A DNA stretch of 64,000 bases from an uncultured Acidimicrobiales bacterium (GCA_937934655.1 CALGZB010000070.1:3005-67004), one strand, 5' to 3'; numbered from the stretch's first letter, positions 40,818-51,207 are shown. A program made the numbers and translations. Notes: a model not told the origin generated them from the sequence alone.

Positions 40818-41405
40818 ATGTCCTCTACCCAGCATGTTCTTCAGAACCGAAGCGATCAGGCGGCGCAGACGCTGGCGGTAGCCTTCGCCGACGACCCCGT
40901 CATGTGTTGGATATTCCACGACCCCGCCACACGCGACGCGCAACTGCTGGCATTTATGGCGATGGCCACCGAGCGATCACGGTCCGTCGGTCACGCTTTT
41001 GAGTTGGTCGACGGCGATGGCGTAGCGCTCTGGTGTCCGCCCGAGGTTCACTTCTTCACCGAAGCCATGGGGCTTGAGTTTTACGAGCTCGCTCTGACCT
41101 CCAACGGTGCCCGCACCGACATGGTCCTTACCGGGTTGTCGGAGATGGGCGAGCATCATCCCGAAGAGCCGCACTTCTACTTGGCCAATGTCGGTGTCGA
41201 TCCAGGATCGCGAGGAAAAGGCAACGGCGCGAAGCTGCTCGACCGGGTGCTCGGTACCTGTGACGACGAAGGCATCGTCGCGTACCTTGAGTCGAGCAAC
41301 CCTCGAAACATAACCCTGTACGAGCGAGCCGGTTTCGAAGTAACTGCCGAGATCCACCTGCCCGAGGGGCCCATCATGCGCCCAATGGTGCGACAACCTC
41401 GGTAG
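40818..41405 (+). CDS. GNAT-family N-acetyltransferase
   Basis: AFADDP, HFYLANVGVDPGSRGKGNG, YLESSNPRNITLYERAGF. Confidence 0.88.
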   Translation: MSSTQHVLQNRSDQAAQTLAVAFADDPVMCWIFHDPATRDAQLLAFMAMATERSRSVGHAFELVDGDGVALWCPPEVHFFTEAMGLEFYELALTSNGARTDMVLTGLSEMGEHHPEEPHFYLANVGVDPGSRGKGNGAKLLDRVLGTCDDEGIVAYLESSNPRNITLYERAGFEVTAEIHLPEGPIMRPMVRQPR

Positions 41406-41420
41406 TGCCAGACTGCGGTC

Positions 41421-42332
41421 ATGAGCACCACCGATCTCCCTGCCGTATCGCTTGTCGCAGTCCCCGGTCGCCGGGCATCGACGCTAGAACTCGCGCAAGA
41501 GATTGAGCGCCGAGGGTTCTCTGGCATCTACTCCCCCAGCCTCGGCGACTCGATGGCGTTCTGTCAGGCCCTCGCATCGGCGACCAGCACGATCACCTTC
41601 GGAACATCGATCGTGAACATGTACACCCGTCACGTGGGCGACTACGCGGCTGGCGCTGCGTACATTCACGAAAGCTCTGGCGGGCGGTTCAACTTTGGTA
41701 TCGGGGTAAGCCATCAACCGATGAACAAGCACCTCGGCGTGACCACAGGTAAGCCCCTGGCCGACACTCGGGACTTTGTCGAAAAGGCCCGAAGCACCAA
41801 ACGAATCGGCGATCTTCCCCCAATCATTCTTGCGGCCATGCGCGACAAGATGTGCAGCTTGGCGGCCGAGGTTGGCGACGGCATGGTGTTTGCAAACGCC
41901 TCACGCAAAGAGTTCCCCAAAACGCTCGAACGCCTTCATGCCACATCCACTGTGGCCGACGACTTCTTCATCGGCGGCATGATCCCTACCTGTATCGACG
42001 ATGACCGCAACGCCGCCGCGGCCGTCAATCGCAAGACGCTGGTGATGTACTGCGGGCTCCCCAACTATCGCAACTACTGGAAGGCCGCCGGCTACGTCGA
42101 AGAGATGGAAGCCATCGAGGCCGCCCTCGCTGCCGGCGACCGCGACGCCGTTCCAGGGTTGATGACCGACGAGTGGCTCAGCGACATCACCCTCTACGGG
42201 TCAGCAACTGAGGTCCGCGATGGCCTTGAAGAGTGGAAGGCCGGCGGACTCACCACTCCAATCCTTGTTCCGTCCTCCACCAGCGGTGGCCAGATGAAGG
42301 CCTTCGAAGAGCTGTTCGCGCTCTTCGACTAG
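41421..42332 (+). CDS. Luciferase-like (LLM) flavin/F420-dependent oxidoreductase
   Basis: ATSTITFGTSI, SGGRFNFGIGVSH, PIILAAMRDKM, LPNYRNYW..AGY. Confidence 0.8.
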   Translation: MSTTDLPAVSLVAVPGRRASTLELAQEIERRGFSGIYSPSLGDSMAFCQALASATSTITFGTSIVNMYTRHVGDYAAGAAYIHESSGGRFNFGIGVSHQPMNKHLGVTTGKPLADTRDFVEKARSTKRIGDLPPIILAAMRDKMCSLAAEVGDGMVFANASRKEFPKTLERLHATSTVADDFFIGGMIPTCIDDDRNAAAAVNRKTLVMYCGLPNYRNYWKAAGYVEEMEAIEAALAAGDRDAVPGLMTDEWLSDITLYGSATEVRDGLEEWKAGGLTTPILVPSSTSGGQMKAFEELFALFD

Positions 42333-42371
42333 CACGGTTCGACTAGCCCTGTTCGAGACCAGCCCCGGCAA

Positions 42372-44702
42372 CTATTGCCGCGGGGTGACTCGCAAGATCA
42401 CATCGTTGCGAGCGTCGCCGAGTCCGGAGTTCGAGGTCGTTACGTACAGGTTGCCGTCGGGGCCGAGCACGGGGCTTCGCATCCGCCCGTAGGTGCCAGC
42501 GAGTTCGTCCGGAATGACTTGGCGAACAAAGTTGCCATCGTCATCGAAGAACATCAGACGGAGGCGGCTGTCCTTCAAGGTCAAGACGGCCAGCGCTCCT
42601 TCATAGGAGCCCCACTGCGAACCTTGTAAGAACACCGCACCGCTCGGGGCGACCGTTGGATTCCCCGATGACCAGCGGGCGGCCTGAGCGTCGGGAAACT
42701 TGCTGAAGTCGGTCATTGGGTTGCGGTCTTGTTCGTAATTGGGGAACTCGGGTTCAAAGCCGGGGATGACCACCGGGTCCCATCCGTAGTTGCCGCCGCC
42801 CACCAGTTGGTTCACTTCGTCATCTACGGCTGGCCCGTGCTCGACCGACCACATGTCGCCGGTGCCCGGCCGCAGCGCTAGGCCCTGCACGTTGCGGTGG
42901 CCGTACGTCCAGATCTTTCGAGTCTGGCTATTGGGTGAGTTGAGGAACGGGTTACCCGGCGCAGCGTCGCCAGTGAATCGGTCGATGCGGTACGTCTTGC
43001 CGGCAAGGCGAGTGAGGTCCTGGGGTGCCGGACCTTCGTACCCGTCGCCCGAACCAACAACGAGGTAGCCCTCGCCATCAAAGCGGGTCCGACATCCACC
43101 GTGTCCGGGGTCCTGCCTGACCCTCGCAAGCGGTTCGCCAATGCGAGCGGCTGACCCGCCGTCGGCGGACAGTTGCCAAGCCACCACCACAATGGTGAAC
43201 CGGTCGGTCTGCTGACTCTGGCATGTGTAGAAGCGCCGGTTACTCGAGAACGAAGGGTCGACCACAAGGCTCATCAAGCCCGCGTTTCCTTCTTCGACAA
43301 CATCGCTCAAGTCAGCCTGCACCTGGCTGACCTGGCCATTTGTGCGCCGGATGCTGAGCCGACCTGGCCGTTCGGTAAACAGCATCGACCCGTCGGGGAG
43401 GAACCCAAGGTCCCAGGGCGTATCGATGCCGGTAACCACTTCCGCTACTTCCAACCGCGGTCCCTCGGACCCGGAAGTCGTACCGCCGGCGAATTGGAAG
43501 AACCCTCGGCAGTTGAGCAGATCGGTCTGGAATCGACCGGCGACCTCGCAGCTATCGCCCTGCGCCGACCCGAGCGACACAACCGCCGGATCGGTCGTCG
43601 GGTACGACACGCCGTCGATGACGACGCGCTGCAGCTTCACGTTGCGATCGATTTGTCCCTCAACGTAGAGATCGTTGTTGAACAGAACTCGGACTTGGCC
43701 GGGACGAACGGAAGCGTTGTGCTGATAGGTGTAGCGGGTCCAACGGACCTCGCCGCTCCAGAAGTTTGGCGATTGTGGCAGCCCATAGCGCTGCACACTT
43801 GAGCCATCGATCTCTAGAAAGATCTCTTCGGACCCTTCGAGGCCCGCAGCGAAAAGCTCGATGGTCGACCCTTGTCCACCAGCGTCGGCAGGCTCGACCA
43901 CAATAAGCACCGTGTCGTCACTCGTTGCGCCCTCATCGTCGGTGACCCGTGCCGAGAGTTGGTGGCTGCCCACGGTAAGCGAGACCGTAGCGGTGAGCCC
44001 CGACGCGATTTCTTGTTGACCCTCGAGCCACCGAACCCGTTGGATGCTGCCGTCAGGATCCGAGGCAGTCGCCGACAATCGCACGCTGGCGGTTCCGCTG
44101 GCATCTGCCGTGACGCGCTGGTCCCGACCGGCATTGACGACCGGCGGCACGTTTTCATCTGACGGCGGAATCGTCGACCCGCCCCCGTGGTCCGCGAGAA
44201 AGCTGAAGTACCCGCCGCACGCAAGCACCTCGTCAGCGTTGGATTGCAAAGGCGAACAGGTTCCGTCGGTCCATGCACCCGCTGAACGCACGGTGCTCGA
44301 CTCGGCCTGCACCTCGGTCCCGCCAAGGCGGAACCAATCAACTCGGATGTTTCGATCCTCACCGTTCGCGCTCACACCGTCATTGCGGAACAGCACCCGC
44401 ACATCGGCAAGCGAGAAGCTGGTTGGGTGGGTGTAGTAGTAGTTGCGGTACTCGGGGGCGGACCAGATTTCCTCGGACCGGTGAAGTCGATACGAACGTC
44501 CGACCCGGCCACCGACTTCGACAACCATGATCTCGTCGCCAGCGCTACCGGTAGCGCGAAGAACCAACTGAGTACCTACCGGGTTTGTGCCCTCGGCGCC
44601 CCCGACATCGACCGACGCACCGATACCGAGCAGCAACGCCACGGCGACGGTGAGCAGCACCATGGCTGGGCTGAGCCAACCTCGGGCGATGCTGTTGTCC
44701 AT
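42372..44702 (-). CDS. Secreted PQQ-dependent sugar dehydrogenase (GSDH family) with two CBM60-like modules and a PKD-like domain
   Basis: Signal/TM segment; two (F.ND..DRN..VD/Q) repeats; PPVVNAG.DQ..DPDGSI..VTDDEG; PWDLGFLPDG, HGG, GHRNVQG, EHGP..DEVN..GGNYGW, APSG, GRMR..GPDG. Confidence 0.82.
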   Translation of the reverse strand: MDNSIARGWLSPAMVLLTVAVALLLGIGASVDVGGAEGTNPVGTQLVLRATGSAGDEIMVVEVGGRVGRSYRLHRSEEIWSAPEYRNYYYTHPTSFSLADVRVLFRNDGVSANGEDRNIRVDWFRLGGTEVQAESSTVRSAGAWTDGTCSPLQSNADEVLACGGYFSFLADHGGGSTIPPSDENVPPVVNAGRDQRVTADASGTASVRLSATASDPDGSIQRVRWLEGQQEIASGLTATVSLTVGSHQLSARVTDDEGATSDDTVLIVVEPADAGGQGSTIELFAAGLEGSEEIFLEIDGSSVQRYGLPQSPNFWSGEVRWTRYTYQHNASVRPGQVRVLFNNDLYVEGQIDRNVKLQRVVIDGVSYPTTDPAVVSLGSAQGDSCEVAGRFQTDLLNCRGFFQFAGGTTSGSEGPRLEVAEVVTGIDTPWDLGFLPDGSMLFTERPGRLSIRRTNGQVSQVQADLSDVVEEGNAGLMSLVVDPSFSSNRRFYTCQSQQTDRFTIVVVAWQLSADGGSAARIGEPLARVRQDPGHGGCRTRFDGEGYLVVGSGDGYEGPAPQDLTRLAGKTYRIDRFTGDAAPGNPFLNSPNSQTRKIWTYGHRNVQGLALRPGTGDMWSVEHGPAVDDEVNQLVGGGNYGWDPVVIPGFEPEFPNYEQDRNPMTDFSKFPDAQAARWSSGNPTVAPSGAVFLQGSQWGSYEGALAVLTLKDSRLRLMFFDDDGNFVRQVIPDELAGTYGRMRSPVLGPDGNLYVTTSNSGLGDARNDVILRVTPRQ

Positions 44703-44786
44703 TTTTCGACTCTAGATCGGGGCTCGCAGCCGCCGACGGACCTTTTGAGCGTTTCGAAGCGCCCGGCTTTCTGTATGGTGAAACCG

Positions 44787-45593
44787 ATGCTGATCGCACA
44801 GATCTCCGACCCTCACATCACCGAAGATCTCGCCGATCTTCCCGTCGATCCTCGGCACCGACTCGAAAACGTCATCGATGCACTGAATGCGTCGACGGTG
44901 CCACTCGATCTCGTCATAGCGACCGGTGACCTCACCAACAACGGCACGGCCGACGAGTATGCCGTGCTGAGAGGCCATCTCGAGCGAATCACTGCCCGTG
45001 TATTGGTGATGCCTGGCAACCACGACGATGCCCCTCTTATGCGAAGCGAGTTGGCCGACTACCTTCCCGCAAACGCCGCCGACAACCATCTGAGCTACAC
45101 GATCGACGAGTACTCGCTCCGTCTGGTGTGTCTCGACACATCACTCGTGGGTCTTGCTGGCGGTGTGTTCGACGCCGAACGCGAAGCCTGGCTCGACAAC
45201 ACGTTGGCCGCGACCGACACGCCGACGATCGTGTTCATGCACCACCCGGCGTTCAACTCGGGTATGGGCTGGATGGACACCATGAGCCTCGACAACAAAG
45301 AAGAGTTTGCGGCAGTCATCGCCAAACATCCCCATGTTGGGACCGTCGCTTCGGGGCACCTGCACCGCTCTCTCACCACCCGAATCGCCCACGCAGTAGC
45401 GGTCGGTGCGCCATCGACAACCCATCAGTTAGCGCTCGACCTCAACCCCAACCAGGCCGCGCTTTCGCTTGAGCCATCGGGATACCTGCTCCACGCTTGG
45501 GACGGATCCACGATCATGACCCATGCGGTTATCGTGGGCGATTTCGACATCATGCGGATGGATCACTTCGTCGACATGATGAAGCCCGGCTAA
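44787..45593 (+). CDS. Metallophosphoesterase, CpdA/Icc/GpdQ-like
   Basis: IAQISDPH, TGDLT, PGNHD, MHHP, GHLHR; TATGGT 7 nt before ATG 44787. Confidence 0.87.
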   Translation: MLIAQISDPHITEDLADLPVDPRHRLENVIDALNASTVPLDLVIATGDLTNNGTADEYAVLRGHLERITARVLVMPGNHDDAPLMRSELADYLPANAADNHLSYTIDEYSLRLVCLDTSLVGLAGGVFDAEREAWLDNTLAATDTPTIVFMHHPAFNSGMGWMDTMSLDNKEEFAAVIAKHPHVGTVASGHLHRSLTTRIAHAVAVGAPSTTHQLALDLNPNQAALSLEPSGYLLHAWDGSTIMTHAVIVGDFDIMRMDHFVDMMKPG

Positions 45594-45669
45594 CACCGCT
45601 TCCCAACGGGTGGGACGGGCCCGAAACCCGCACTTCCCGCAAAACGAGACACCGTCTAGCCTGCCCCGA

Positions 45670-46596
45670 ATGTTCGGAGCGCTACGCGATGCATTTGCGG
45701 GAAAGTCGACCCTTCCCTACCTTGCCGGTGTCGCGCTCGTCGTTGGTGCCGGATTCATCTTTAGTTTCACGGCCTTGGTCTTTCGTGCGATCGACGACGC
45801 ATCGGACTGGCAGTTCCTCTTCTATCGCGGAACCGGCGCGTCGATCATGATGACGTTGCTGTTGTTCCTTCGCAGAAACTCTCGCCCAGTAACCCGAGAA
45901 TCCATTAACAGACGCTCGCTTCTCGCCGGACTCCTACTCGGAGCGATGTCGATGCTGTTCATCTTGGCCCTCGCCCGGACCACGGTGGCCACAGCGGTGT
46001 TTCTGCAAAGTGCCGCTCCCTTCTCGGGTGCGCTCTTCGGCTGGCTTCTGCTCCGAGAACGAGTAGACAAACGAACCTGGGCGGCAATGGCCGGCGCGAT
46101 TGTTGGCGTGACGATCATGGTCGGTACCGGTATTGGTGAGGGCTCTGCATCGGGTCTTCTGCTCGCCGGCATGCTCCCGATTCTGCTTGGTCTGTACAAC
46201 GTGATGGTGAAGACCGCGAAGGGCTCAGACCCGTTGGTGCCGGCGCTCATTGGCAGCGTGATTCTGGCCGTCGGATCAGGCGCTGTTGCACTCAGCGGAA
46301 GCGGGCTGGGAGTGAGCGGCAAGGACGCACTTCTCGGTTTGGCAGCGGGAGGATTCCTACTCGCCGGCGGACTGCCGATGTTTAACCTCGGCCACATGTC
46401 GGTACCAACGGCTCAAATTTCAATACTCCTTCTTGTCGAAGTCGTCCTGGCACCGCTGTGGGTTTGGATCTGGCCTGGAGAACGCCCGGCAACCGGCATA
46501 CTCATCGGCGGAGCCGTTGTGCTCGCGTCGGTCGTGGCGCTGGCCCTCAGCGCCGATGACGCAAAGAAGACACCGGGTCCCTTTCCCCCAGTCTGA
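45670..46596 (+). CDS. DMT/EamA-family transporter
   Basis: 10 TM segments in two repeats, LLRERV, LLVEVVLAPLWVWIWPGERP. Confidence 0.82.
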   Translation: MFGALRDAFAGKSTLPYLAGVALVVGAGFIFSFTALVFRAIDDASDWQFLFYRGTGASIMMTLLLFLRRNSRPVTRESINRRSLLAGLLLGAMSMLFILALARTTVATAVFLQSAAPFSGALFGWLLLRERVDKRTWAAMAGAIVGVTIMVGTGIGEGSASGLLLAGMLPILLGLYNVMVKTAKGSDPLVPALIGSVILAVGSGAVALSGSGLGVSGKDALLGLAAGGFLLAGGLPMFNLGHMSVPTAQISILLLVEVVLAPLWVWIWPGERPATGILIGGAVVLASVVALALSADDAKKTPGPFPPV

Positions 46597-46649
46597 AATG
46601 GGGGGAAACCCCCATGCCGTCGAGCCTGGCATCGGCATACGCTGGGAAA

Positions 46650-47855
46650 ATGGATGCATCAGCAGCACTCAGCATGTGGCTGGCGGAAGGCCACATCGAC
46701 GCCGCAACCGGCGAACGTCTTCGCGCCGCCCTCGACCAACACGAAGCACCGGCCAAGCAGAACAAGATCATTGGCGTTCTTGTAACGATCGGAGCCGTGC
46801 TGATTGGCGGTGGCCTACTGCTGTTCATCGCGAGCCAATGGGGCTCCAGCTCGCCCGCCAGCCGGCTGGCTCTTCTCTTTGCCATCTATGCACTCACCGT
46901 TGCCGGGGCCCTTCTCGCCGGTCGACAAAAACTCACGATCACTGCAAACGGCCTCTGGTTTCTCTCCTCCATTGCCGTCGGCGTCAACATCTTTCTTGTC
47001 GGCCAGATATTCAACCTGCCGCTCAACTACTGGCAAGGCACGTTCCTTTGGATGCTGGCTACTCTCGCGGCTGGTTGGGCGGCGCCGTCGTCCGCCCAGG
47101 GTTGGCTTGCGGTGCCACTCGGTATCTTGACCCTCGGCTGGATCTCAACCCCGTCGTCGTTTGCCTTCGATCAAGCAGCGTTCCTGTGGGAGCCCGCAGG
47201 TATCAAGGCGCTGCTCCCCATCATTGGCATCGGACTCGTCGCCATTGCGTTGCTCGTTCCAGATACACCTTTCGCATGGCTCAAGAAACCTGCCACCGCA
47301 TTCGGGACCCTGCTTGTTGCTGTTCCATTAACCATCTCTACTTTTGACCCAGAAATATTCGCTTGGATCTTCGGGATCGATGTCCAGTTCCTTCACCCAG
47401 TCATCGGCCTGGCGGCTCTCGCTCTCGTCGTCATCGTGTGGCGACGCGATCCAACCTCGCCACTCGCAATGGGCTTCGGTTCGGTGTTCCTTCTTCTCGT
47501 CGCACTCCTCCCCCAAACCTCGAGCGACAGCAGCGACCGCTATACCGAACCGTGGTTGGCCGAGCCGTTCGAAGTCTCCAGCGGTCTGTTCTGGGTGTAC
47601 ACCGCCATCATCTTTGGACTCTCGGTCGGGGCGATCATCGCCGGACAACGATTCGATATCAAGGCGCTCATCAACGTCGGGTTCGCAATGGTGAGCGTCC
47701 AACTGTTCGCCCTGTACGTGGGACGAATTGCCGGAGCCCTCCCCACATCGCTCGCCGTGATCGGCGGTGGCCTCTTGCTAGTCGGAGGAGCGATCTTCCT
47801 CGAACGCAAACGACGGGAGATAACCGACGAGGTCCTGCAGGAGGTGACGGTATGA
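46650..47855 (+). CDS. DUF2157-type membrane protein
   Basis: W..EGHID, GAVLIGGG...FIASQW, IFLVGQIFNL; sits upstream of a GDYXXLXY gene as usual; TACGCT 6 nt before ATG 46650. Confidence 0.75.
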   Translation: MDASAALSMWLAEGHIDAATGERLRAALDQHEAPAKQNKIIGVLVTIGAVLIGGGLLLFIASQWGSSSPASRLALLFAIYALTVAGALLAGRQKLTITANGLWFLSSIAVGVNIFLVGQIFNLPLNYWQGTFLWMLATLAAGWAAPSSAQGWLAVPLGILTLGWISTPSSFAFDQAAFLWEPAGIKALLPIIGIGLVAIALLVPDTPFAWLKKPATAFGTLLVAVPLTISTFDPEIFAWIFGIDVQFLHPVIGLAALALVVIVWRRDPTSPLAMGFGSVFLLLVALLPQTSSDSSDRYTEPWLAEPFEVSSGLFWVYTAIIFGLSVGAIIAGQRFDIKALINVGFAMVSVQLFALYVGRIAGALPTSLAVIGGGLLLVGGAIFLERKRREITDEVLQEVTV

Positions 47856-48316
47856 ATCGCCGACATGCAATCGCCATAGCCCTCGCTCTTCTCGCCATGT
47901 TCGCTTCCTTGGCGCAGCCGCTCTGGATCCGAACAACCGGCACCGAGGTTTCCCTCGAATTGCGACCCGTCGACCCGCTTTCACTGTTTCGAGGGAACTA
48001 CGTCGATCTCGACTACGACACCCCGGTCGATACCGGTAATCGCAATTGGGGAGACCCGGTCTTCGTCGTCTTCGACAACGCCCGGCCAGCGAACGCGGTG
48101 AAAGTCAGCGATGACCGACCCTCGCTCGCCGAAGGCGAAACATGCCTGGGCGGCCACGTTCAATCCGATGGTCGGGTTGGGTTTCGGACACTCGAACAGT
48201 TCTTTGTTACCGAAGAGGATGGCAGCCGACTGGAGAACGACTTGTCCTCGATGGTCGGCGTGATCCGGACCACCGGATCATGCCGATCGATTCTCGTGAG
48301 CATCGAACCCGAGTAG
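47852..48316 (+). CDS. GDYXXLXY-domain protein
   Basis: LELRPVDPLSLFRGNYVDLDY, LEQFFVTE; ATGA overlap with the DUF2157 gene. Confidence 0.8.
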   Translation: MNRRHAIAIALALLAMFASLAQPLWIRTTGTEVSLELRPVDPLSLFRGNYVDLDYDTPVDTGNRNWGDPVFVVFDNARPANAVKVSDDRPSLAEGETCLGGHVQSDGRVGFRTLEQFFVTEEDGSRLENDLSSMVGVIRTTGSCRSILVSIEPE

Positions 48317-48319
48317 CGG

Positions 48320-49861
48320 CTACAGCGTGCCGTCATCGAGCATTTGAAGTACTTCGACAGCCCGCTCGCGGACGTCCTCGAGATCGCTCAATCGGCGCAT
48401 TCCCGCCAACTGTTGGCCCATACGATGATTCCCGGCAAAAGCATCAGCATTGCGGGCCAAGAAATCCCAGTAGAGGGTAGTGAACGGGCAGGCATCCTCG
48501 CCCGTCCGTTTCTTCGGGTTATACCTACAGCCCTTGCAGGAGTCGCCCATCTTGTTGATGTAGGCCCCGCCCGAGGCGTACGGCTTGGTGGCCATCATCC
48601 CGCCGTCAGCGTGCAGCGCCATGCCGACAACATTTGGCAACATGACCCATTCGGCGCCGTCGACGAAACTGGCCCACATCCAGTCGGTCATGGCTTGCGG
48701 ATCGACACCAGAAGTAAGCGCAAGATTGCCGAGCACCATGAGTCGCTCGATGTGGTGGGCATACCCGTGTTCGTCGACGTGTGACATCACACTTGCGACG
48801 CAGGCCATGTTGGTCGACGACGTGCCAGAGAAGGCGGGCGGAACCGCACGATTCGCATCGAGTTGATTCCGATGTCGATAGTCGGGCATCCACAACCAGT
48901 ACACACACCACACGTACTCACGCCAGCCAATGACCTGCCGCACAAACCCCTCGACCGAATTGATTGGGGCGTCACCGTTTCGGTACGCAACCTCGGCCGC
49001 CTCGGCGATCTCAAGCGGATGGAGAAGTCCGAGATTCATCGACGACGCCAGCACCGAATGAGCCAGCTTCCACTCGGCCGCGATCATCGCGTCCTCGTGC
49101 GGACCGAAGGGCCCCAAGCCCGTTGCCACGAACTCATCGAGACGTACAAGCGCCTGGGTCCGGGTGACCGGCCAGGTCCCCTGTGGGCCTGCTCCCCACA
49201 GCTGGTCGGATTGTTTGTCGATCCCAAACTCGTCGATAACAGCGCGGTCGATGTCGTCGAGTTCGAAGCGAGTGATCTGTGGCCATGACCGACCATCCTT
49301 CGGTGGTGGTTCGCGGTTGTCGTGATCGAAGTTCCAACGGCCACCGGCCGGTTCGGCCGCATCGGATCCGTTACCGATGGGATCCATCAGAATTCCTAGG
49401 CGGGTTCGCTGCCAGCGATAAAAGTCCTCCATCTTGAAGCTCTTGCGAGGCTCGGACCATTCGGCAAACTCGTCGTAATGGCACAGGAACTGATCATTCC
49501 GGAAGATTTCGACGCCAAGGCGCTTGAGCATGGATCGCCCATCCCAGCTCATTGGCTCCATCGCCAAAACTCGCTCCACACCAAATTCAGAACAGTGTGC
49601 ACGGAGGCCCTCAGGCAATGAATCGGCGACACGGTGATCCACATCGAAACCCTCAACACGAAGCTCGTCGGCAAAGTGCGCCATGGCGGAAAGCACGAGG
49701 TGAAGACGTTGTCGATGCCATCGCTTCGATGCGATCTTCGAGTTGCTCGTCACAAGGAGAACTCGGCAATCACCAGGAAGACGCGCCGCCAGAGGTCCGG
49801 CGTTTCGGTTCAGCTGGTCTCCCAAAACCCAGACGGTTGGGACGGATTTACCTGTAAGCAT
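48320..49861 (-). CDS. Fe-S bacterial cryptochrome/(6-4) photolyase (PhrB/CryB class)
   Basis: WVLGDQL, MEDFYR, GGRWNFDHDNR, FGPHEDAM, EGFVRQVIGWREY, GYAHHIERLM, TKPYASGGAYINKM, Cys ligands MAC / CKGC / ACP. Confidence 0.9.
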   Translation of the reverse strand: MLTGKSVPTVWVLGDQLNRNAGPLAARLPGDCRVLLVTSNSKIASKRWHRQRLHLVLSAMAHFADELRVEGFDVDHRVADSLPEGLRAHCSEFGVERVLAMEPMSWDGRSMLKRLGVEIFRNDQFLCHYDEFAEWSEPRKSFKMEDFYRWQRTRLGILMDPIGNGSDAAEPAGGRWNFDHDNREPPPKDGRSWPQITRFELDDIDRAVIDEFGIDKQSDQLWGAGPQGTWPVTRTQALVRLDEFVATGLGPFGPHEDAMIAAEWKLAHSVLASSMNLGLLHPLEIAEAAEVAYRNGDAPINSVEGFVRQVIGWREYVWCVYWLWMPDYRHRNQLDANRAVPPAFSGTSSTNMACVASVMSHVDEHGYAHHIERLMVLGNLALTSGVDPQAMTDWMWASFVDGAEWVMLPNVVGMALHADGGMMATKPYASGGAYINKMGDSCKGCRYNPKKRTGEDACPFTTLYWDFLARNADAFAGNHRMGQQLAGMRRLSDLEDVRERAVEVLQMLDDGTL

Positions 49862-49990
49862 CTGGCCAGTCTCGCCGACACGGCAGGGACAACCACCGTG
49901 GAGCCAGCCTGGAGTGCGGACACAAAAGAATGAAGGTTGCTTCAAGCCGTTCGGGTTCACAGGACGCCATTTAGCTGTACCATCCCTACC

Positions 49991-50620
49991 GTGGGGACGA
50001 ACGACGCCAACCAAAAACGAAAGATCGTCTTAATCGACGATCAAGTTTCATACGCAGAAGCTCTTGGCTTGGCGCTATCGATGACACCAGACCTTCAAGT
50101 GGCTGGGCAAGCATCAGATCGGCAATCTGGCCAAGACATCGTGCTGGCCGTGCAACCGGACTTGGTGGTCACCGACTACCGGCTTCCGGGAGCCGATACC
50201 GGCATTGCCTGCGCGACCTATCTTCGCGAGAACGGGTTCGTAGCGCCCATCGTGGTCCTCACCGGTTACCCCGCACCTCAGGTTCTCCGTGAGGCATCTG
50301 GACTCACCAACATCACAGTGATGTCCAAGGATCTGCCAATTCTCGAACTCATCGATGGGTTCCGCGAAATGATCGACGGACACCAACCAAAGGCAACCGG
50401 TGCGCCCGGGCCCAAGGTCGAGCTTTCGTCTGGCGAACTCGAAGTTCTCGAACTCCTGAATCAGGGAGTGGCTCCCGCCGATATTGCCGAGCAGCTCTTT
50501 TTGTCGCTGCACACCATTCGTGCCCGCATCAAGTCACTACTGCGCAAGCTCGACGCCAACAGCCAACTCGAGGCGCTGGCCACCGCAACCCGACTCGGGC
50601 TACTCGTTCCCCCGACTTAA
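49991..50620 (+). CDS. NarL/LuxR-family response regulator
   Basis: LIDD, DLVVTDYRLP, VLTG, SK receiver motifs; LS..ELEVL..IAEQLFLS.HT HTH. Confidence 0.87.
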   Translation: MGTNDANQKRKIVLIDDQVSYAEALGLALSMTPDLQVAGQASDRQSGQDIVLAVQPDLVVTDYRLPGADTGIACATYLRENGFVAPIVVLTGYPAPQVLREASGLTNITVMSKDLPILELIDGFREMIDGHQPKATGAPGPKVELSSGELEVLELLNQGVAPADIAEQLFLSLHTIRARIKSLLRKLDANSQLEALATATRLGLLVPPT

Positions 50621-51207
50621 GCGACTCGGTCAACCTTCTTCGGGCCAGTCTTTTCTTCCGCCACAAGCTGCTCTGCGGTCTGCGCAAGCAAGTTGGCCAA
50701 GATCGAGCGATCGACCTTCGAGTTCGACAGCGTCTGTTCGGTGTTCTGAATTTGTTCTTCGAGCGACGAACGACTTGAAGCGATGGCCTTGTCGGTCGCG
50801 GTCTTCAATGCATCGAGTGACTTCTCGAATGCCGCGGCCTTGCTGGCGATTTCACTCTGCAACTCGGCGGTACCGTTATTGGCCATTGCCGTGAGGTCAA
50901 CCAGCGCACTCTTGCGTGCTGCGGCTTCCTTTTCGATCTTGGTATCGAGACGTTTGTCGATCTGGGCCTTGTTTTTGTCGACCTTGCGGTCGGTCACAGC
51001 AAATTCCTTGCGCATCTCGGTGCGAACTGCAGTGATGTTCTCAAGCAACATCGCTTCAATCGAGTCGATTCGGGCGTTGATCGCCTCGAACTGATCACCA
51101 AACAGGAGGCCTTGAACCCGGCCAAGGTCACCCTCGGCGAAGGTTTTTTCCGTTGATGATTCGAGCTGATTGCTCGTTGGCTCGTTACTCATTTGTTCAT
51201 TCCCCAT
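50617..51207 (-). CDS. Coiled-coil hypothetical protein
   Basis: Heptad-like A/E/K-rich helix flanked by RVQGLLFG and KVDRSILANLL; host-like codon usage; fills the gap between RR and HK. Confidence 0.6.
   Translation of the reverse strand: MGNEQMSNEPTSNQLESSTEKTFAEGDLGRVQGLLFGDQFEAINARIDSIEAMLLENITAVRTEMRKEFAVTDRKVDKNKAQIDKRLDTKIEKEAAARKSALVDLTAMANNGTAELQSEIASKAAAFEKSLDALKTATDKAIASSRSSLEEQIQNTEQTLSNSKVDRSILANLLAQTAEQLVAEEKTGPKKVDRVA

Noticed and set aside
42324-42347. 10-bp direct repeat TTCGACTAGC at the LLM gene end as an integration scar
   Set aside because: Too short, copies only 4 nt apart, and no mobile element nearby.
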